Shown: piece by piece, positions 35,963 through 49,902 of the stretch | How the letters are laid out: each line of letters begins with the position of its first letter | Numbering within the stretch: the first letter of the stretch is position 1 | From: Camelus ferus | Lineage: Eukaryota | Reading direction: 5' to 3' | Assembly: GCF_009834535.1 (NCBI RefSeq) | Contig: NC_045729.1 | Coordinates: forward strand, 11,718,001-11,782,000 | Length of the DNA stretch: 64,000 bases | Notes under the pieces: generated by a model | What the model was told of the DNA's origin: nothing | What the model saw: the letters and a program-made list of their open reading frames with translations, nothing else | Database searches by the model: none | Translations under genes and position numbers: made by a program

Positions 35963-37799
35963 TCAGGAAGTGCTTCTATACTGTTGGAAACTAATCGGCC
36001 ATTCATTAAAAACAAAAAGCCAACAGGTAGCATCACTGAGAAAAAAAGAAGACTAAACTGACAATATTTCCCACTTAGCTGATTTTTAAGTATGCATTGT
36101 GGTTGGTGTGTCTCCTAATGGCACAGTTCTGACTCTCACTGCCACCTCCATTTAAGAGGTATGGGTCTGCACTGCCTTCGCCACACCTGCCCCTCCTGCC
36201 CCGGGCTCTGTATTCCTGAGGGAAGTAATGATTCCACAGGGAGCCTGCTGGAGAGTTGGTTCCTGCCCTCAGCTTGTTGATACACATAAACAATTCCAGC
36301 TTTGTGAGCAGCGTCAGAGGTAAGCCCTCATGCCCAGCTTGAAAGTCTAGTTGGATGCCCACACCCTAGATCGAACTCTGGGGCCACAGTGAGTTGTGTG
36401 TCTTCAACCCTGGGTTGAGTTCATCATCCCAGACCTTCCTCAGGGCACATCTGCCCTGCTAGTGAGTGCTGGTCTGCTTCAATCTCCCAGGGACCTTTTA
36501 GGTAGTTGCCTGAAAAATCAAATTTAGTCTTTGGACCCAGTCTCTTCCAGTCCCCAAATCCCAGTGCTCAAAGTGTAGAAGTTTGTGGAGTGATATGAGC
36601 TGACCAGTTGCCCACCACAGTCCCCAGGGTTGCAGCGAAAGTCAGCTCTTATTTTCCTCCAATCACGCACAGGCTGAAGCGCCAACTGGTTCTAAACTCC
36701 GAATTACGATGCAATACGAGAAAAGAGAAATCAAGACGAATTTACACGCCGGATTTGCTGGGAGAGAAATCCAACATGAGAAACCGCGAGTTCAGAGCCC
36801 TGGTTTGCTTTTTCTCCCAGACAACTTTCTTCTATCACTTTAATATGATGAGAAAATATATATGTCAACATATAAATACATATACACATATGGCTTATAC
36901 CAACAAAATGTACATCAAAATTATGAGCCTTAGTTTTGAGATAATAAATGTGTTTCAACCAACAACATCAAAAAGACTTTTAGAACTCCTAGGACTTCTC
37001 TTCTCGGATACAATGTTCTGTCTCTGGGTGAACACTCGGGAAGTCACCTCCGGAACTGTTCCTGCATGAAAGAATCCACGAGTCTGACCTCATGGTTGAG
37101 CAGCTTTATTTTCTGCTTTTGGAAAAGACCGTTTGGAGACTAGATCATTTCATCTGGCGAGGCAAGGCAAAGACAGCAAGGACAGTCTCCCTAATCAGAA
37201 ACCTGGTAGTTTATGAAGCATTTTTCCTTCCAGGGAGACACGTAATCTTCCTCTCTCTCCCTCTCTCTCTCTCACTCACACACACACCGCCTAGCCATTC
37301 TAGTTCACCGGGCCAAGGTACTAGATCCAGGATTACTGGCTGTCAGTCCCTCCTCTGACATCTTCACCCCATTTCTCTCTCTCCTGTGCAGCAGGAGCAC
37401 ATTGACACCCCCTGTGCTTCTGAGGTTGCATCAACATTTCACAACACTATTGTGTCACATTGATGGATTCTGATGGAGCTTTGTTCACCTGGCAGGAAAG
37501 AAGGCTTAAATTCAGAGATAACCCTTTGTGTCAGGAATTAGCATGGTCCTTGATTTTTGATAACGCGATAGATCATGCAGCTCCTTTCATTTCAGCTGTC
37601 TGGAAATTTAGAGATAATCTTGAAGAGCAACCTAGCAAGTATGTTTATCTTCATGAGCTGAATGTTTTCATTTCTTCTCCCTTTCAACTTGCTCTTACTT
37701 CCATTTCTATAACTCAGGGCTGTGACTGGCTATTTTTAATTTGATCTTGTATTTGGCTGTGTTAGAAACCCCATGGAATCTTTGATGGGATAGGATATC

Positions 37800-37950
37800 C
37801 CATCGTGCTTAAAAGCACGGCCTTAGGAGACGGGTATGCCTGGATTTGAACACTAACTTTTCCATGTTCTCCTTGCATGAACTTGTGCAACGCCCTTGAA
37901 CTCTCTACTCCTTAGGGCTTTTTAAAATCTGAAAATGGGAATAACAAGAT
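37800..37950 (+). mobile_element. MIR fragment
   Basis: gcctggatttgaacac...aaaatctgaaaatgggaataac. Confidence 0.65.
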
Positions 37951-38147
37951 TAATTTTATCAGCTACAAGGTATATGATAGCCATATTGCAAGTAAATTGT
38001 GTATCTAGAAAGACATCAGTTAATCAGAAATTTAAAATAATTATAATTCATGTAACTGTTAATGCAATCTGATGGGCATTTATGGGATGGTGGGCAATTT
38101 CCTGTATGAAACAAAGCCCTAACAGACAGCACATTTGGTGAGGTTAC

Positions 38148-38302
38148 CTGCAGTGCACGGTCATGGGTCCTTTGCTCTTCGTGGCTTGCTGCCGGACCAT
38201 GTGTACAAACTGCAGGATACTTTCTGCAGCGTCCGCGGTGGGCACACCGTGATCAGGCCACGCGGTGTAGTTAAAATGCATCACATCCTGCATCTCGTCA
38301 GC
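38148..38302 (-). CDS. PTPRO: PTPRO exon with WPD loop and start of P-loop ([21 protein letters not shown]...GPMTVHC)
   Basis: ctcccaaag|GCT acceptor, AG|gtaacc donor; 155 nt, phase 0-2; catalytic Asp and Cys intact. Confidence 0.97.
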
Positions 38303-40979
38303 CTTTGGGAGAAAAGCAAGCGTTAATCTCTCAGTCCACCAGCAGGACGGCTCCAGCCCCCACTGCAGCTCAGAAGCCGCTGCGTAAGGTTACAGTAAAG
38401 CCACACCCCACACCCGGTGGGTACACTTCCCTCTCCAGCTCTCGACACTGTGTCTGACACGAAGCAGGCCCTCCAAAAAGGGACTAATTGTCTAAAGCTT
38501 CAAATGGCAGGATAAATAGGCTAACCCCTGCCTGTGTAGTGATAAGAGCTTAAGCAGAGCAGGGTTTGCATTCTGGCTCTGCCATGGAGAAGGTGCATCC
38601 GCCCTGAGGGATGAGTTAAACGCTAGAAGATGCTGTCGGTACCCGACTTGGGTTCGCTTGGCCAGGCCAAGGTGCTGCCAACAGCATCTATCTAGTGACA
38701 CCCTCCTCCGCACAGCTGCCTCCCATTAAAGGGAGCTGCTTGGCTGGAAAGTGCCTGAGAGATCGCGTTCTCCGGCTGAGGGCAGTCAATGAGCGACTGA
38801 CCCTGGGGCACAAAAAGTCAGGATGGGACAACCCTATTGTGTCATTCGTGGGACCTGGCTGAGGCTGAGCCCATGGCTGTGCGTGGCTGCTTCCCTGGGC
38901 CATCCTGTACTACTTCTCTTGTTCCCGTACAGATTTTACCCAAGATTACACTTCCGAAAAATCCTCTATATGACAGTCCCTGTCTTGGGCTCTGATGCTA
39001 GGGGACCCGAGTCAAAACAAACTCGCTGAACACCAGTTTCCTCTTACTTAGAAGGGTCTAATGAAAGCTAGGGTAGTGTTGTTGCAGGGATTAAGGTGAT
39101 CATGTTTGTGGAGGGTGGTGCCTGTTCCGTATCATTATCATTGCAACTACCAGGTAATTACTACCGCTCCCTCCCATCAAGCACAGTGCATTTAAGTGGG
39201 TGCTTCTGGGAAGGCCAGGAAGTGGGTATGTTTTGTTTATTTCCCTATTCATGTGAACCCAGGCACCAAGTAGACTGTCGTTGCCTCTGACCTGAGTAAA
39301 TATCAATTAGGATGTGGGTCCTTCAAGAATTATGTTTTCAGACCCTACTAATTTATACACATAAAATTTTATTCTGCTCTTGTTATCAACTGTCAGAAAT
39401 ATTCCAAACCCAACCCTCACAAAGGTATCATGGATCCCCCATCCCTCAAACTTGCTAAGACCCTAGAATCCACCCAGTAGATGGAATACTATATCATGAT
39501 TTGGAAGAACTTGGTCTGGCTACGAGTTTGGAGCTAAAGTTTAGGTTTTCAGGTATTAAAGAGAAATGGATTTCAAAGAGTCAGTGGTCTTGGGCGAGGT
39601 AAAAATTGTAAATGTAAATACATGTAAATAAATAAAAATATAATATTTGTATAAATATAAATAGCACTTCAATTAGACCCACTGTCCCTTTGGCCCAAGG
39701 CCATCCATCCCCAGCCATGAGCAGTGCCTCCCTCTCCACGTTCAAGGATTTTTTCTGAGACACATAGAGCATGAACTCTGCCAAGATGCTGGCCATGCTC
39801 CCTGCTGTCTTCAGGAAGTATGGCAAGAAAGTAACTCAAGCATAATGAATTGTGCACAATGAATGAATTACTCAACACTATGAGGATTGAAGGCTACTCC
39901 ATCACCAGATAACTTTGGTTGCTCAAAAAAGTTCATGAAAATGTTTGTTCTTTTCAAATGTGGATCACAGGATGAGCATAAACCTTGTACATTGTAGAAC
40001 ATATACGTGTGTGCATGTGTGTGTATGTATGTATCTTCTAATACAGTTGATCTGAAAATGTATCCAGCTAAAATTCACAAGATGGTTCAAAAACAGGAAA
40101 GCTTTAAATGTCATCAGTCTCTCAGCAGCTGCCGTCTCAGTGTCAGATGGGCGATTCTTGTCAGCTGAACAGCAAGGCATGTGCCAGTGGGAACAAACAA
40201 GTTTTTGCTGGTTTTTCGTCTCCAGTTCTCATTCAGTTCATGCCAAGTTTCAAGTACTGGGAAGTGACAAATTGGGTGTTATGGTCCTTTTCCTCCTTTC
40301 TTATTCAATGAGAAAACCCTGCTGGTTACGTCTTACTTCGCCATTCCAAAATGTCTCTTACCAGGATTTCCTTGTTTATGTAATTTTATCTGATTATACT
40401 CTGAAAGATTCCACATATTGAGATGAAGGGAATAAGGAAGTGTATAAGCAAAAAATGAAAAATAAAACAGATAAATGTATTTATTAGCAATGCGCAATGA
40501 AGGTAATGTAACCTTTGCAGGAGCTTAAAATTTAGACTCTGTATGTCTATGGCCCAAAGAGGGCACTCTGGGACCAGATGCTTGTAACTACTGTACAAAA
40601 ACATTACCAGAAAATTCTGTTGTTCATCGTTTTATTCCTGTGTTTCAGGTCCTTTGCATGGTTGCCATTGAAAGGTCATCAATTAAGACCAAGGACAAGA
40701 AGCATGATATTTATCATGCAGTGATTGATGTCACCTTCCCTTGTCAAGGGAACAGTCCCTATTTTTGCTTTTTTCTTTTTTTCTTCTAGAGGCATAACCT
40801 AGGGAAAGATTTATTCTATTCAAATATATCCCCTATCTGTCTAGCAGTTCATACTGGCTTTGTGGCTAAAATAGCCATGACAGAATGCAGAGTTCAAACG
40901 GAATTCTGATTGTCAAATATTTTCTCTGATGGCATAAGTCTGTTGATGTTTTCTCAGTGCTTTATTATTTTTGAAAACT

Positions 40980-41270
40980 TTCATTCAGTCACTCATTTAT
41001 CCCTTCCACAAAGATTTATTAAGTGACTAAGGGTTGGGATTACAAGGATTATTAAAACTGGGTACTTGCTTCTGACACGCATGGCATACGGGGCCGGGCA
41101 GGGAGGCAGACAGGAGATGAGAGAATTGTAACCAACTACAATGCCCTGTGACGGAGCCATGTACATGAAACCAGAGGAGGGGAGGAATGGGAGAGAGGTC
41201 TCTCGAGACTAGGGAAGGGGTGTGACATTTGAGCTAAAACTCTGTGTTTGAGCAGGAATGCGCTTTGGCC
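40980..41270 (-). mobile_element. L2 3'-end fragment
   Basis: ttcattcagtcactcattt...acaaagatttattaagtgact. Confidence 0.7.
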
Positions 41271-41466
41271 ATTTCAAAGAGATGGTACACCAAGGAACGG
41301 TTTGTTACAGTTACACTGGGATTTGCCTAAATTCTCAGTGTAGCAAAACCATTGTTAACTACTAGTGGCAAAGAAGTGAATTGTTTCTTGTACTGATCAG
41401 TAAACGGTGAGTTACTGAGTGCGTGTGTGGTATGGATATGAGCTATCATTTTTGTATCGTCTATAT

Positions 41467-41765
41467 GAAGGGTCAGCACACACTTTCTGTAAAGGGCAGG
41501 TGGTAAACATTTTACATTCTCTGGGTCATACAGTTCCTTTTGCTACTATGCAAGTTTGATGTAGCGTAAAAACAGTCATAGAAAATCAGTAAACAAACTT
41601 GTGGCTATGTTTTAATAAAATGTTACTGATGGATGCTGGAATTTGAAGTGTATAATTTCCATAGTATTCCATGTAAAATATTCTTTCAATTTTTTTCCCA
41701 CAACCTTTAAAAAAGTAAAACTTATTCTTAGCTCATGGGCTTTAAAAAAACGATGTGTTTTTAAC

Positions 41766-41805
<40 letters not shown>

Positions 41806-41837
41806 ACGATTTTTTTTTTAAAGTTTGCCACCCTCTG
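41467..41837 (+). mobile_element. MER58B-like hAT-Charlie MITE interrupted by (TTTA)n at about 41766-41802
   Basis: ggtcagcacacactttctgtaaagggcaggtggtaaacattt ... aagtttgccaccctctg. Confidence 0.85.
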
Positions 41838-42582
41838 ATCTATACTGGGAAGAAAGGCTGTGGACAAGGACATTTTAATGAGGACTTTCCTGTTAAGCTT
41901 TGTCCTCAACAGAGCACGTTCAAGTGGAAAATGCTGGTAAAGCTCCCCTCCTGTTTTCTGGGGCCGCTCTCTGTGAAGAAGGCCCCAGGGAGACTGCGGC
42001 TGATGTAAGGATCTAGCCCTGCACACAGACATTCAGCAAGGGCTCAAAGGCCTGTCAGCAGAGGTAGCAGGCTTACAAAAAAAAATAGGCTTTTCTGACC
42101 TTCTAACCACCAGAAATCAGCAGCATTTCAAAAGTGCAATGAAACCATGATTAATTAGGTCCAGAAGTACCTTTGAAATAATAAAAACCAAAGTAGAACC
42201 AAATATGGGACAAAGCCAAACAAAACTCAAACTGCTATACCTAAGACAACATTTTAGTTTAGAATGTGTTTGTATCTCCTACATACACTCACACACGGTC
42301 AGTGTAAGTAGTGACAACGTGTCTCTGCTTGGTCATGCCCGGTTACAGTGAGTCACTGTGTCTTCTGTCACCCTAGGCTTGTCTGAGACGGGGCAGTGCA
42401 GCCTTCTGGCTGCATCTCCTTGGGCCCTCCAGCATTTCATCCCCACCATTCTCCATGAAATGGGAAGCAAGCACATCACACCTGGGATTTTTCTCTTGCA
42501 GGAAGCAGGGACGTGATTCTCCTGACCCCAGGGGGGTTCCCTCAGCACGGGGACAGCCCCGAACCTGTGCTGCGTGACTTAC

Positions 42583-42705
42583 GTAGTTGATCCGGAAGTG
42601 TCTGCAGGCCCAGTCGTCCTGCTCGTCCTCCGAGAGCATCTCCACCGTGATGTCTCCGTAAGCTATAGGTTCTTCCGTGAATGGCCAGTAGTGGTCACAT
42701 TTCAC
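42583..42705 (-). CDS. PTPRO: PTPRO exon ([41 protein letters not shown])
   Basis: ccctcag|GTG acceptor, TAC|gtaagt donor; 123 nt; KCxxYWP motif. Confidence 0.97.
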
Positions 42706-42929
42706 CTGAGGGGTTAATAGCACAACCGTTTAAAATGAACAGGCGAGGGGAGAAACAGTCTATGCTCGCTGAGGGAAAACAAATGACTTGCCTCTGAAGG
42801 ACTGTATAGGATTATTGCGAGGATGAAGGATGAATTAACTGGAAGTTTCTGGTACCCAGTAAGCGCTGACTGTATGTCACTGGCTCGTGCAAGGTTTTGC
42901 TGCTCAGGGGGTGGGGGGTGACCCCACTA

Positions 42930-43094
<165 letters not shown>

Positions 43095-43640
43095 TCAACA
43101 CCAAATGCAGCTTCACACAAATGAGAAAAACAAACCCTGAAAATTCACTGGGGATAAACTTGGCAAAGGATCACATGCCTGTGTAGGCAGTCATGGCAAC
43201 TGATGGTATAAATCCGTATGATTTTAAATATTTTTCTCGGGAAGCCTATAAAATCACACCCACGTCTTTTTACAACCACCACCACTGTTTTATAGACACA
43301 TATAAGAAGCACAGGTGTTCAGGGGGAGCTCTTTGAATTTGGTTGCCGACACCGAAATTTAAACACAAGCAAGATGATCTTTAGTGTAATTATCGACTTT
43401 CACGTTCACTAGTCCTTCACAAAGAAATCTGAGTATTACTAATCTCTGGATTTCTTTTTTTCCGTTATTCGTTATTCTATACGGGAATAATGGAAACCGT
43501 TCTTTAGAACTGCATTGCTTGGTGGAGGACGGCTCTCTGTGGAGCTGTTCAACACATCCCCGTGGCCCTGGTTTTCCTCCTCTGGCTGGGCTAGAATTTG
43601 GATGCTTGATTTTAAAATTTTTTAAATTTTGTTTACTTAC

Positions 43641-43717
43641 AGGGATGTAGTTGGCATTGATGTAGTCTGCACCTTCCTCTTCGTTCATGGAGACTAATCT
43701 TACTCGGCTAAAGTCAT
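43641..43717 (-). CDS. PTPRO: PTPRO exon ([26 protein letters not shown])
   Basis: tttacag|AT acceptor, CCT|gtaagt donor; 77 nt, phase 1-0; contains the DYINAN motif. Confidence 0.97.
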
Positions 43718-44789
43718 CTGTAAAGAATAAGGAGAAAAGAAAATAGTAAAAATTAGAGTGGATGGAAGAATCATCTTCACTCCTTGTCCCCAGTATCAAG
43801 TCAAATCTGTCAGTGAAAGGGCAGGTAGATAAAGTTTATTTTAGCTTGATATGTTAGCCATACTGCAATCTTAGTTTCTTGTTTAAATAATATATAAATA
43901 TCTCCAGGATTCTCTCCCCACCAGCACTCCTGTCCCTGGAAGAGTTGTCTCCAGGTTTTTGGCGGAGACTGTGCGGAATATGCACAGGAACTAAAGTATC
44001 TGGTAGGTTGTGTGGAAGGCTACAGAGTGCAGCCTAAACACAGGACTCCCATCTCACTCAGGGGCATCCAGGGAATTCACTAGCTTTGGGAGACCTAGAG
44101 AAGTGATGATGGAGTTGATGGGCTTTTGTAAATGGACTTCAAGTGAAAAAAGTCAATCCTGAAATGTGTACAGATAGAAGATGTTATAACAATAATACCA
44201 CCCAATTTTGTCAAGACCCCTTATGAAGGAGAGAGTTCTCCTTCTAGAGCTTTCCACTTTTTCCTTCTTTCCCAGCTCCCCCTAGAGTGTTGCAGAGAGG
44301 AAAGGTAAATCTATATGGGAATCTACTTTAATTGTCCTGTACGTACTTCATGTTACTTTTCCTTTGAATGTTACTTTTATTGCAAAACGCTAGCAAATAG
44401 CAGAACTTGCCGGAAGCAAGAAAGGACGCTTTTTCACACCTTGCACTCTGTCTCCATTTTCAATGAACTGACTGAAAATTGGTTATGAGCACAAATGATC
44501 TTACCCCTAATTTGGCTGAGACTTTTTGATCTCCAAAGGGCCAAACTGTCAATCCTTTCAGTTCAGATATAATTCATTGAAAAGCACAATAATTACATCT
44601 TCCTACATAGGACAGGGCAAAACGACATCAGTGCACCAATGAGCTCAGCGCAGCCACAGGCGTGGCCAGGAGGGTACAGACCATGACTGGGCCTGCCTGG
44701 CCAGAGATCGGTGGGACTGACTAATCCACAATGACAGTCCTTCAACCTTTGGGAGACACGAATAGGATTTGCGCTATCGACAATCTTAC

Positions 44790-44880
44790 ATGGCAGGATG
44801 TTTGTGTAACGGTTTTTACATCGGTTCAGGGGAAGGTCTGCCGCAAAGTGTGGAATGTCCAGTCCAATCAATTTCAACTC
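44790..44880 (-). CDS. PTPRO: PTPRO exon with KNRY pTyr-recognition loop ([30 protein letters not shown])
   Basis: tttacag|GAG acceptor, T|gtaaga donor; 91 nt, phase 0-1. Confidence 0.97.
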
Positions 44881-44981
44881 CTGTAAACGACAGAGAACAG
44901 ATGTGAGATTCCCGCGCATGGTGTGGGCTGGATTATTGTTCACATGGGCTCATTGTTCATATTGGATTATTCTTCATGTCC

Positions 44982-45376
44982 TGTAACAGAAGGCTCACAG
45001 TGACCACACCCCCTTTGCCTTATGATGGCGCAGTGGCTCCCTTTGGGGACAGAGCATACTTCTCCACCCGACTTGTCACCTTGCTTTTGGCCAATGAATT
45101 GGATGGAACGCACATCTAATCAGAAGCTTTCAATGTGCTTGCTCAGCTTACTTTCCTCTCTTGTGCTTCCTGCCATCTGCACTAAAAGAACACGCCCAGG
45201 GAAGCTGCCAGTCCCAGGATGAGAAGACGCACGGAACAGACCTGACTTGAGCAGAACCACCTCAGCTGTCCCACGGGCCCACGAGTGAGAAAAATTAATG
45301 TTGCTGCGGGTCACTGAGATTTTGAGGTTGTTTCTTATGCAATTTTATTGCAGTAACAGATGACTAATGTAATACA
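44982..45376 (+). mobile_element. Old MaLR solo LTR (MLT1I/J/K-like)
   Basis: TG...CA ends; cttgcttttggccaatgaattgg and gtcactgagattttgaggttgtttcttatgca hallmarks. Confidence 0.75.
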
Positions 45377-47677
45377 CAAACACATCGGATAGCTAAGTGG
45401 TCATTTGGAGAAGGAAAGAATTGAGTGCATCACACTCAGGGTATGGAAATTTTGGAAAGCAGAAATAGGTTTCAGACTTTCGGAGGTACAGGGTAACTGA
45501 AATGTATGCAATTTGCATAAATATATAAGGAATTGTAGGTATTTCTCCTGTAGGCAATGGGCTTTCGAGAAGGTAGTAAAAGAGAGAATGAGGCGAGTAC
45601 GGAGCATTCTCCACATTACAAGATACAGGGTCGACAGTCATTAAGTCTGGTAATGAAACCCCCAAATAAGGATAGAGCAGTAGTGGGGAGGCGCACCTGT
45701 CGATGAAAATAAGAACACCCAAATATCTGCTGGTGTGTCACAGCACTCATGAATTCTAGTACCGGAAGGTGCACTGATAGGGCAATTTTTATATAAACAG
45801 ATGATCAACGTACTTCAAAAAGGTTACGTTACTGCAAAAGAGGGTTTCTAAGCTGCTCCGTCATGTGTCTGATAGGAAACAAGAGGTTGGAGTCAGGCCA
45901 CCTGGATTTCCCTGCAGGCACCACTTACACTGTGATCTACATGAACGGTGCTTCCTGGAATTGTGCAGTGCACAACCTATACAGCAGATCCTGTACAAAC
46001 CTGAGGGTAATATTAGTAATGGCATACATAACCAACTACAAATGGGGTTGCATATATAGTATGCATTTTTCTATAAGCCTATTAAGGGAAGAAGTAGAAA
46101 CACCACTTGCTGTAAGTTTTTTTTACTCATGTGGGATGTTACTCCTCACACTTCCTCCCAATTATTATTTCAAAGAATCATAAGCTGGAGGAATATTTCT
46201 TTGGGGGAAGAATTTTGGAGAGTTTTTGAAAGACTTTTGAGGGGAGTTGGAAACATTTGGCAATGTTTTGAGAAATTGAACAGGGATATTTCTTTTCATG
46301 CCATTTGCTTCTTGGTTCAAGGGCTCATGCAAAGCAAATGCTTTAGACATCAAGTTCTTGGTGCGTCTGCTGTGTCCACAGAGAAGGTCATTGGTAGCTA
46401 GTGTGTGTCCTTAATAGCTCTGGGATGCAAGCTGCAGTCAACAAGGATGAAGTGACCTTCAGTTGCCCAGATTTCTCTCTTCCTTTGATTTCTTATCACT
46501 TTGGCTTTTCAAGCTCATAAAAATCTCAAGTTCGTTGGCCCAAGTTGAAGCCAATCTCCAGATCAACAATGCTGACTTTGATCCTCCAATTCACAAATTT
46601 AAAAGATTTTTTTCCATCTCAGGCAAAACCTTTGCTTGCCAAATGCCCTTAAACAGAAGCTTGTCATTTTGCCTTTATAACTTTTTTTTCCATTTTAAAG
46701 AGTTTTCAAAGACTGATTATATTGTTCTTATAAGAAACAAAAACATTTTTAGCAAACTTCAACCAAGTCAGTGTTATTTTTAGATTAGCGCCTTAGCTCC
46801 TTTTGGAAGTTATAAGCTTACTTAAATGATACTTCCATTGCTTAAAATTTTTTGGAAATCTACTTTCTTTGGGGAGTGCCTTCATAGATAGTTTGTCAAA
46901 ATATCTGGCTTATTTCAGTGGACCACTTATACACTGCTGGGTCTTGAAAAAGGAGTTCAGTTCTCCCTGACATCAGTTTAGTTATCTATAAGATAAGGCT
47001 AGTAATTTTTCCACACCTTCCTGATGTACAGTGACTATGAAATGAAATGATTAAACTCAACAAATATTAATACAGCCCTGTTGATCTTGACTGTGAAATG
47101 CTTCCTCTTTGTTTATTTTGCTTTGCCAGGCTCCATAATTTCTCCCTCCTTTGCTATTTGCACTAACCAACCAGCAACTCCCGCCTTCGAGTCCCCCGCT
47201 TTGAGAACAGACTGATAAACTGCAGGAAAAGGAACTGTGCAAGCAGATTGAGGCTGAAAGCTGGAGCACGTATGGAAGTTGACTAACCGACAGAACTTTA
47301 ATTGTGTGTTCACTCCCTGCTGTAAATGCTCTCGGTTGATAGCAGAGGTTTAATTGACTGAACACTGGAAACGTAAATTGCCAGAGTTAAACTGCAGCAA
47401 ATCAGGGACGGCATGTATACACAAAATGCCTTGCGATATTGTAATTTAGCCTGGCACTAAGTGGAAAATCAAATTCTGAGTTTCCAGCTCAACAGCTTTG
47501 CAGTTACCTTCTTTCTAACCATATGGAAACTCCAGAGGCTTAAATCTTCATGAAGGCCAAGTAGGAGGTGATGGCCTGAAACCAACATAAATCATTTTTG
47601 AAATTTCTTTTGCTAGTTTTGTTTCTGATATAATTTATCATCATGGGGTTCCCTCCCACCCAGGTTACATAGTTACT

Positions 47678-48106
47678 TATAGTGGATTAAATGATGGTCT
47701 CTCCAGAGATACGTCCACATCTGGACCCCTGGAATCCGTGACTGTGGTCTTGTTAGGAAAAAGAGTCTTTGCAGACATAATGAAGCATCACAAGATAAGA
47801 TCTTTCTATATTATCTGCTGTATTAGCCCTGAATCTAATGACTAGTGTCCTTAAAAGAGACAGAAGAGGGTGAGGCCACGTGGAGGTGGAGGCATTGGTT
47901 CGAGTTATGCAGCTACAAGTCAGGGATGCTTGGAGGTGCCAGAAGCTGGAAGAGGCAAAGACGGATTCTTTCTGAGAGCAGAGGGAGCACGGTCCTGCTA
48001 ACACTTTGAGTTTGGACTTCTGGCCTCTCAAATTGTGAGAGAAGACACATCTGTTGTTTTAAGTCACCAAGATTGGGGTAATTTGCTGTACTGGGAAACT
48101 AACACA
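47678..48106 (+). mobile_element. MaLR solo LTR (MLT1B/C/D-like)
   Basis: gtctttgcagac...ccagaagctggaagaggcaaag...ggacttctggcctc...ggaaactaacaca. Confidence 0.9.
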
Positions 48107-48188
48107 GGCACCAGCACCAGCGGCAGTCTGAGTTGTGCTGGTTGTGTTTGAAGCACCGTCTTGAAAAGCAGAGCGCAAACACGTGCGC

Positions 48189-48483
48189 TGTGTTAGTCAG
48201 CTGGGGTTGCCGACACAAAACGCCACAGACTGGGCGGCTCAGGCAGAAGCGTGTTCTGCATGTTGCTGCCTTTGTCATCACCCAGCGTTCTCCCTGTTTG
48301 TCTCTGTTTTTGTCTTTACATAAGGACACCAGACATACTGGGTTAAGAGCCCACCCTCCTCCAGTCTGACCTCACCTTAATTACATCTGCTAGGACTCTC
48401 TTCCTGAATAAGGTCACGTGCTGAGGTACTAAGAGATTACGGCTTCAACGTATCTTTCTGGCGACACAGTTCATCCTAGAACA
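48189..48483 (-). mobile_element. Second MaLR LTR (MLT1B/C-like), internally deleted
   Basis: tgtgttagtcagctggggttgcc...cacagactgggcggctc...ataaggacaccag...ttaattacatctgc...aataaggtcac. Confidence 0.88.
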
Positions 48484-49902
48484 GGTACTCGGGAGGAAGG
48501 ATGGAATGCTGTAGCGAGGGGAAACTTGGGCAGGTGAGGGGAGACTGGGAAGAAGGAATCAACCTCAGGAGAGTCTGCCAACAGCCAGAGGGGCCGTGGG
48601 CTGTAGGGTGGGATTTAGGGCAACACTCCAGTCACCAGACAGATTGCCAGTGCAGGTACTTGGCAACAGGGACAGCAAGGAATGACAGCAGAGAAAACTC
48701 AGGTCTGGGAATCAAGTAAACCCCCTGAGTGAGCACTGTTGGAAAGGGTTCGAAGTGACTTATTTCAATGATGGCTGCAGGAAGGTCTCCAGAGAACTGG
48801 ACTAAAACACAAGTAAAAGACAGCCACAAATGGAAACTACAACCAGAAACCAAAGGTCTTCTGTGAACCGTATGGTAAGTAGTGTTGCCTTGTTTTGATC
48901 TTCGTAACCACATTTCCGAACAAAGGTGGTAAGGGTTTTCACTAGCATCCCGATCAAACACAAAGCACAGAAATTAATGGCAAAATGAGCAATTTGTGAT
49001 ACGTCTTGTGGGCTCCTAAATCCCAAGCTCTAAAGTCTAGCTCTCCAAAGCCTTTCCAACAGGAGACATAAGAAATGAGGAGCTGAATTTAATTCCTGGG
49101 TCCCAAAGCACCTTAAGAAAAGATGTATATTTTCATTAGAAGGATAGTCAATCTATCCAGCAGATCCAAAATCAGATGCAGAGTGAAAGAGAAATTTATT
49201 CAGTGAATGCAAATTAGCAGTTCATACAGCTTCACGTGTGATTTATAGTTGTACCGGTGATACATATGAATCTAGACATTCGTTTCAATTTGCATAATGC
49301 TTATAAATGATGTAATTTCTCAATATGAGCGCAATCTTTCAATGTCAGTAACAAAATAAATACACGTATGAAGCATCATTATAAACAGGACAAATAAACT
49401 GCTCGGAGACTGAATTTAGCTAGCCCAATTCAATATCCTCTTGGGTTCCCATTAGAGTAAGAAATATTTTTTTCCTTAAGCCTCAACTATTTATCAAGTT
49501 CAGGGAAATTTGAGGGCTACCACGTGAAAGGTTTGACATGCACCCTGAAGTCAGGTCTGGGAGTGCAACGCGCCTTTGAGAGTAGAGGAGGTTACCCTGA
49601 CACTGAACCTCAGGATGTGGGTGGAGCTGGGGGCTGGCAATTCATGGGAGGCTGTCAAATAAAAAAAGGAAGTGAGTCAGACCACTGGGCCACTGCTTAA
49701 GCCTGAAACCTGCAATCTAAGCCTGTGATTTAAAACAGACTTCTGGAGAGTAATTTGTGTTTTCTCATCAGAGCAGAGATGCAGTATCAGGACTTGGCAC
49801 CAACTACACTACATATTTGACCAATTATATTCTAAGAATAAAGGTATGTGGGAAAAAAAGCTTCATAATAAGTAAAAATACTAAACACTCTTCAAATCAA
49901 GG

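Noticed and set aside
38148-38170. PTPRO GPMTVHC versus recalled human GPMIIHC as a catalytic change
   Set aside because: Still fits the PxxVHCSAGxGR motif; catalytic Cys, Arg, WPD and Q-loop are intact.
42541-42560. RE1/REST-like CTCAGCACGGGGACAGCCCC beside a PTPRO exon
   Set aside because: One base short between half-sites and a mismatch at the conserved C; unlikely to be a canonical RE1.
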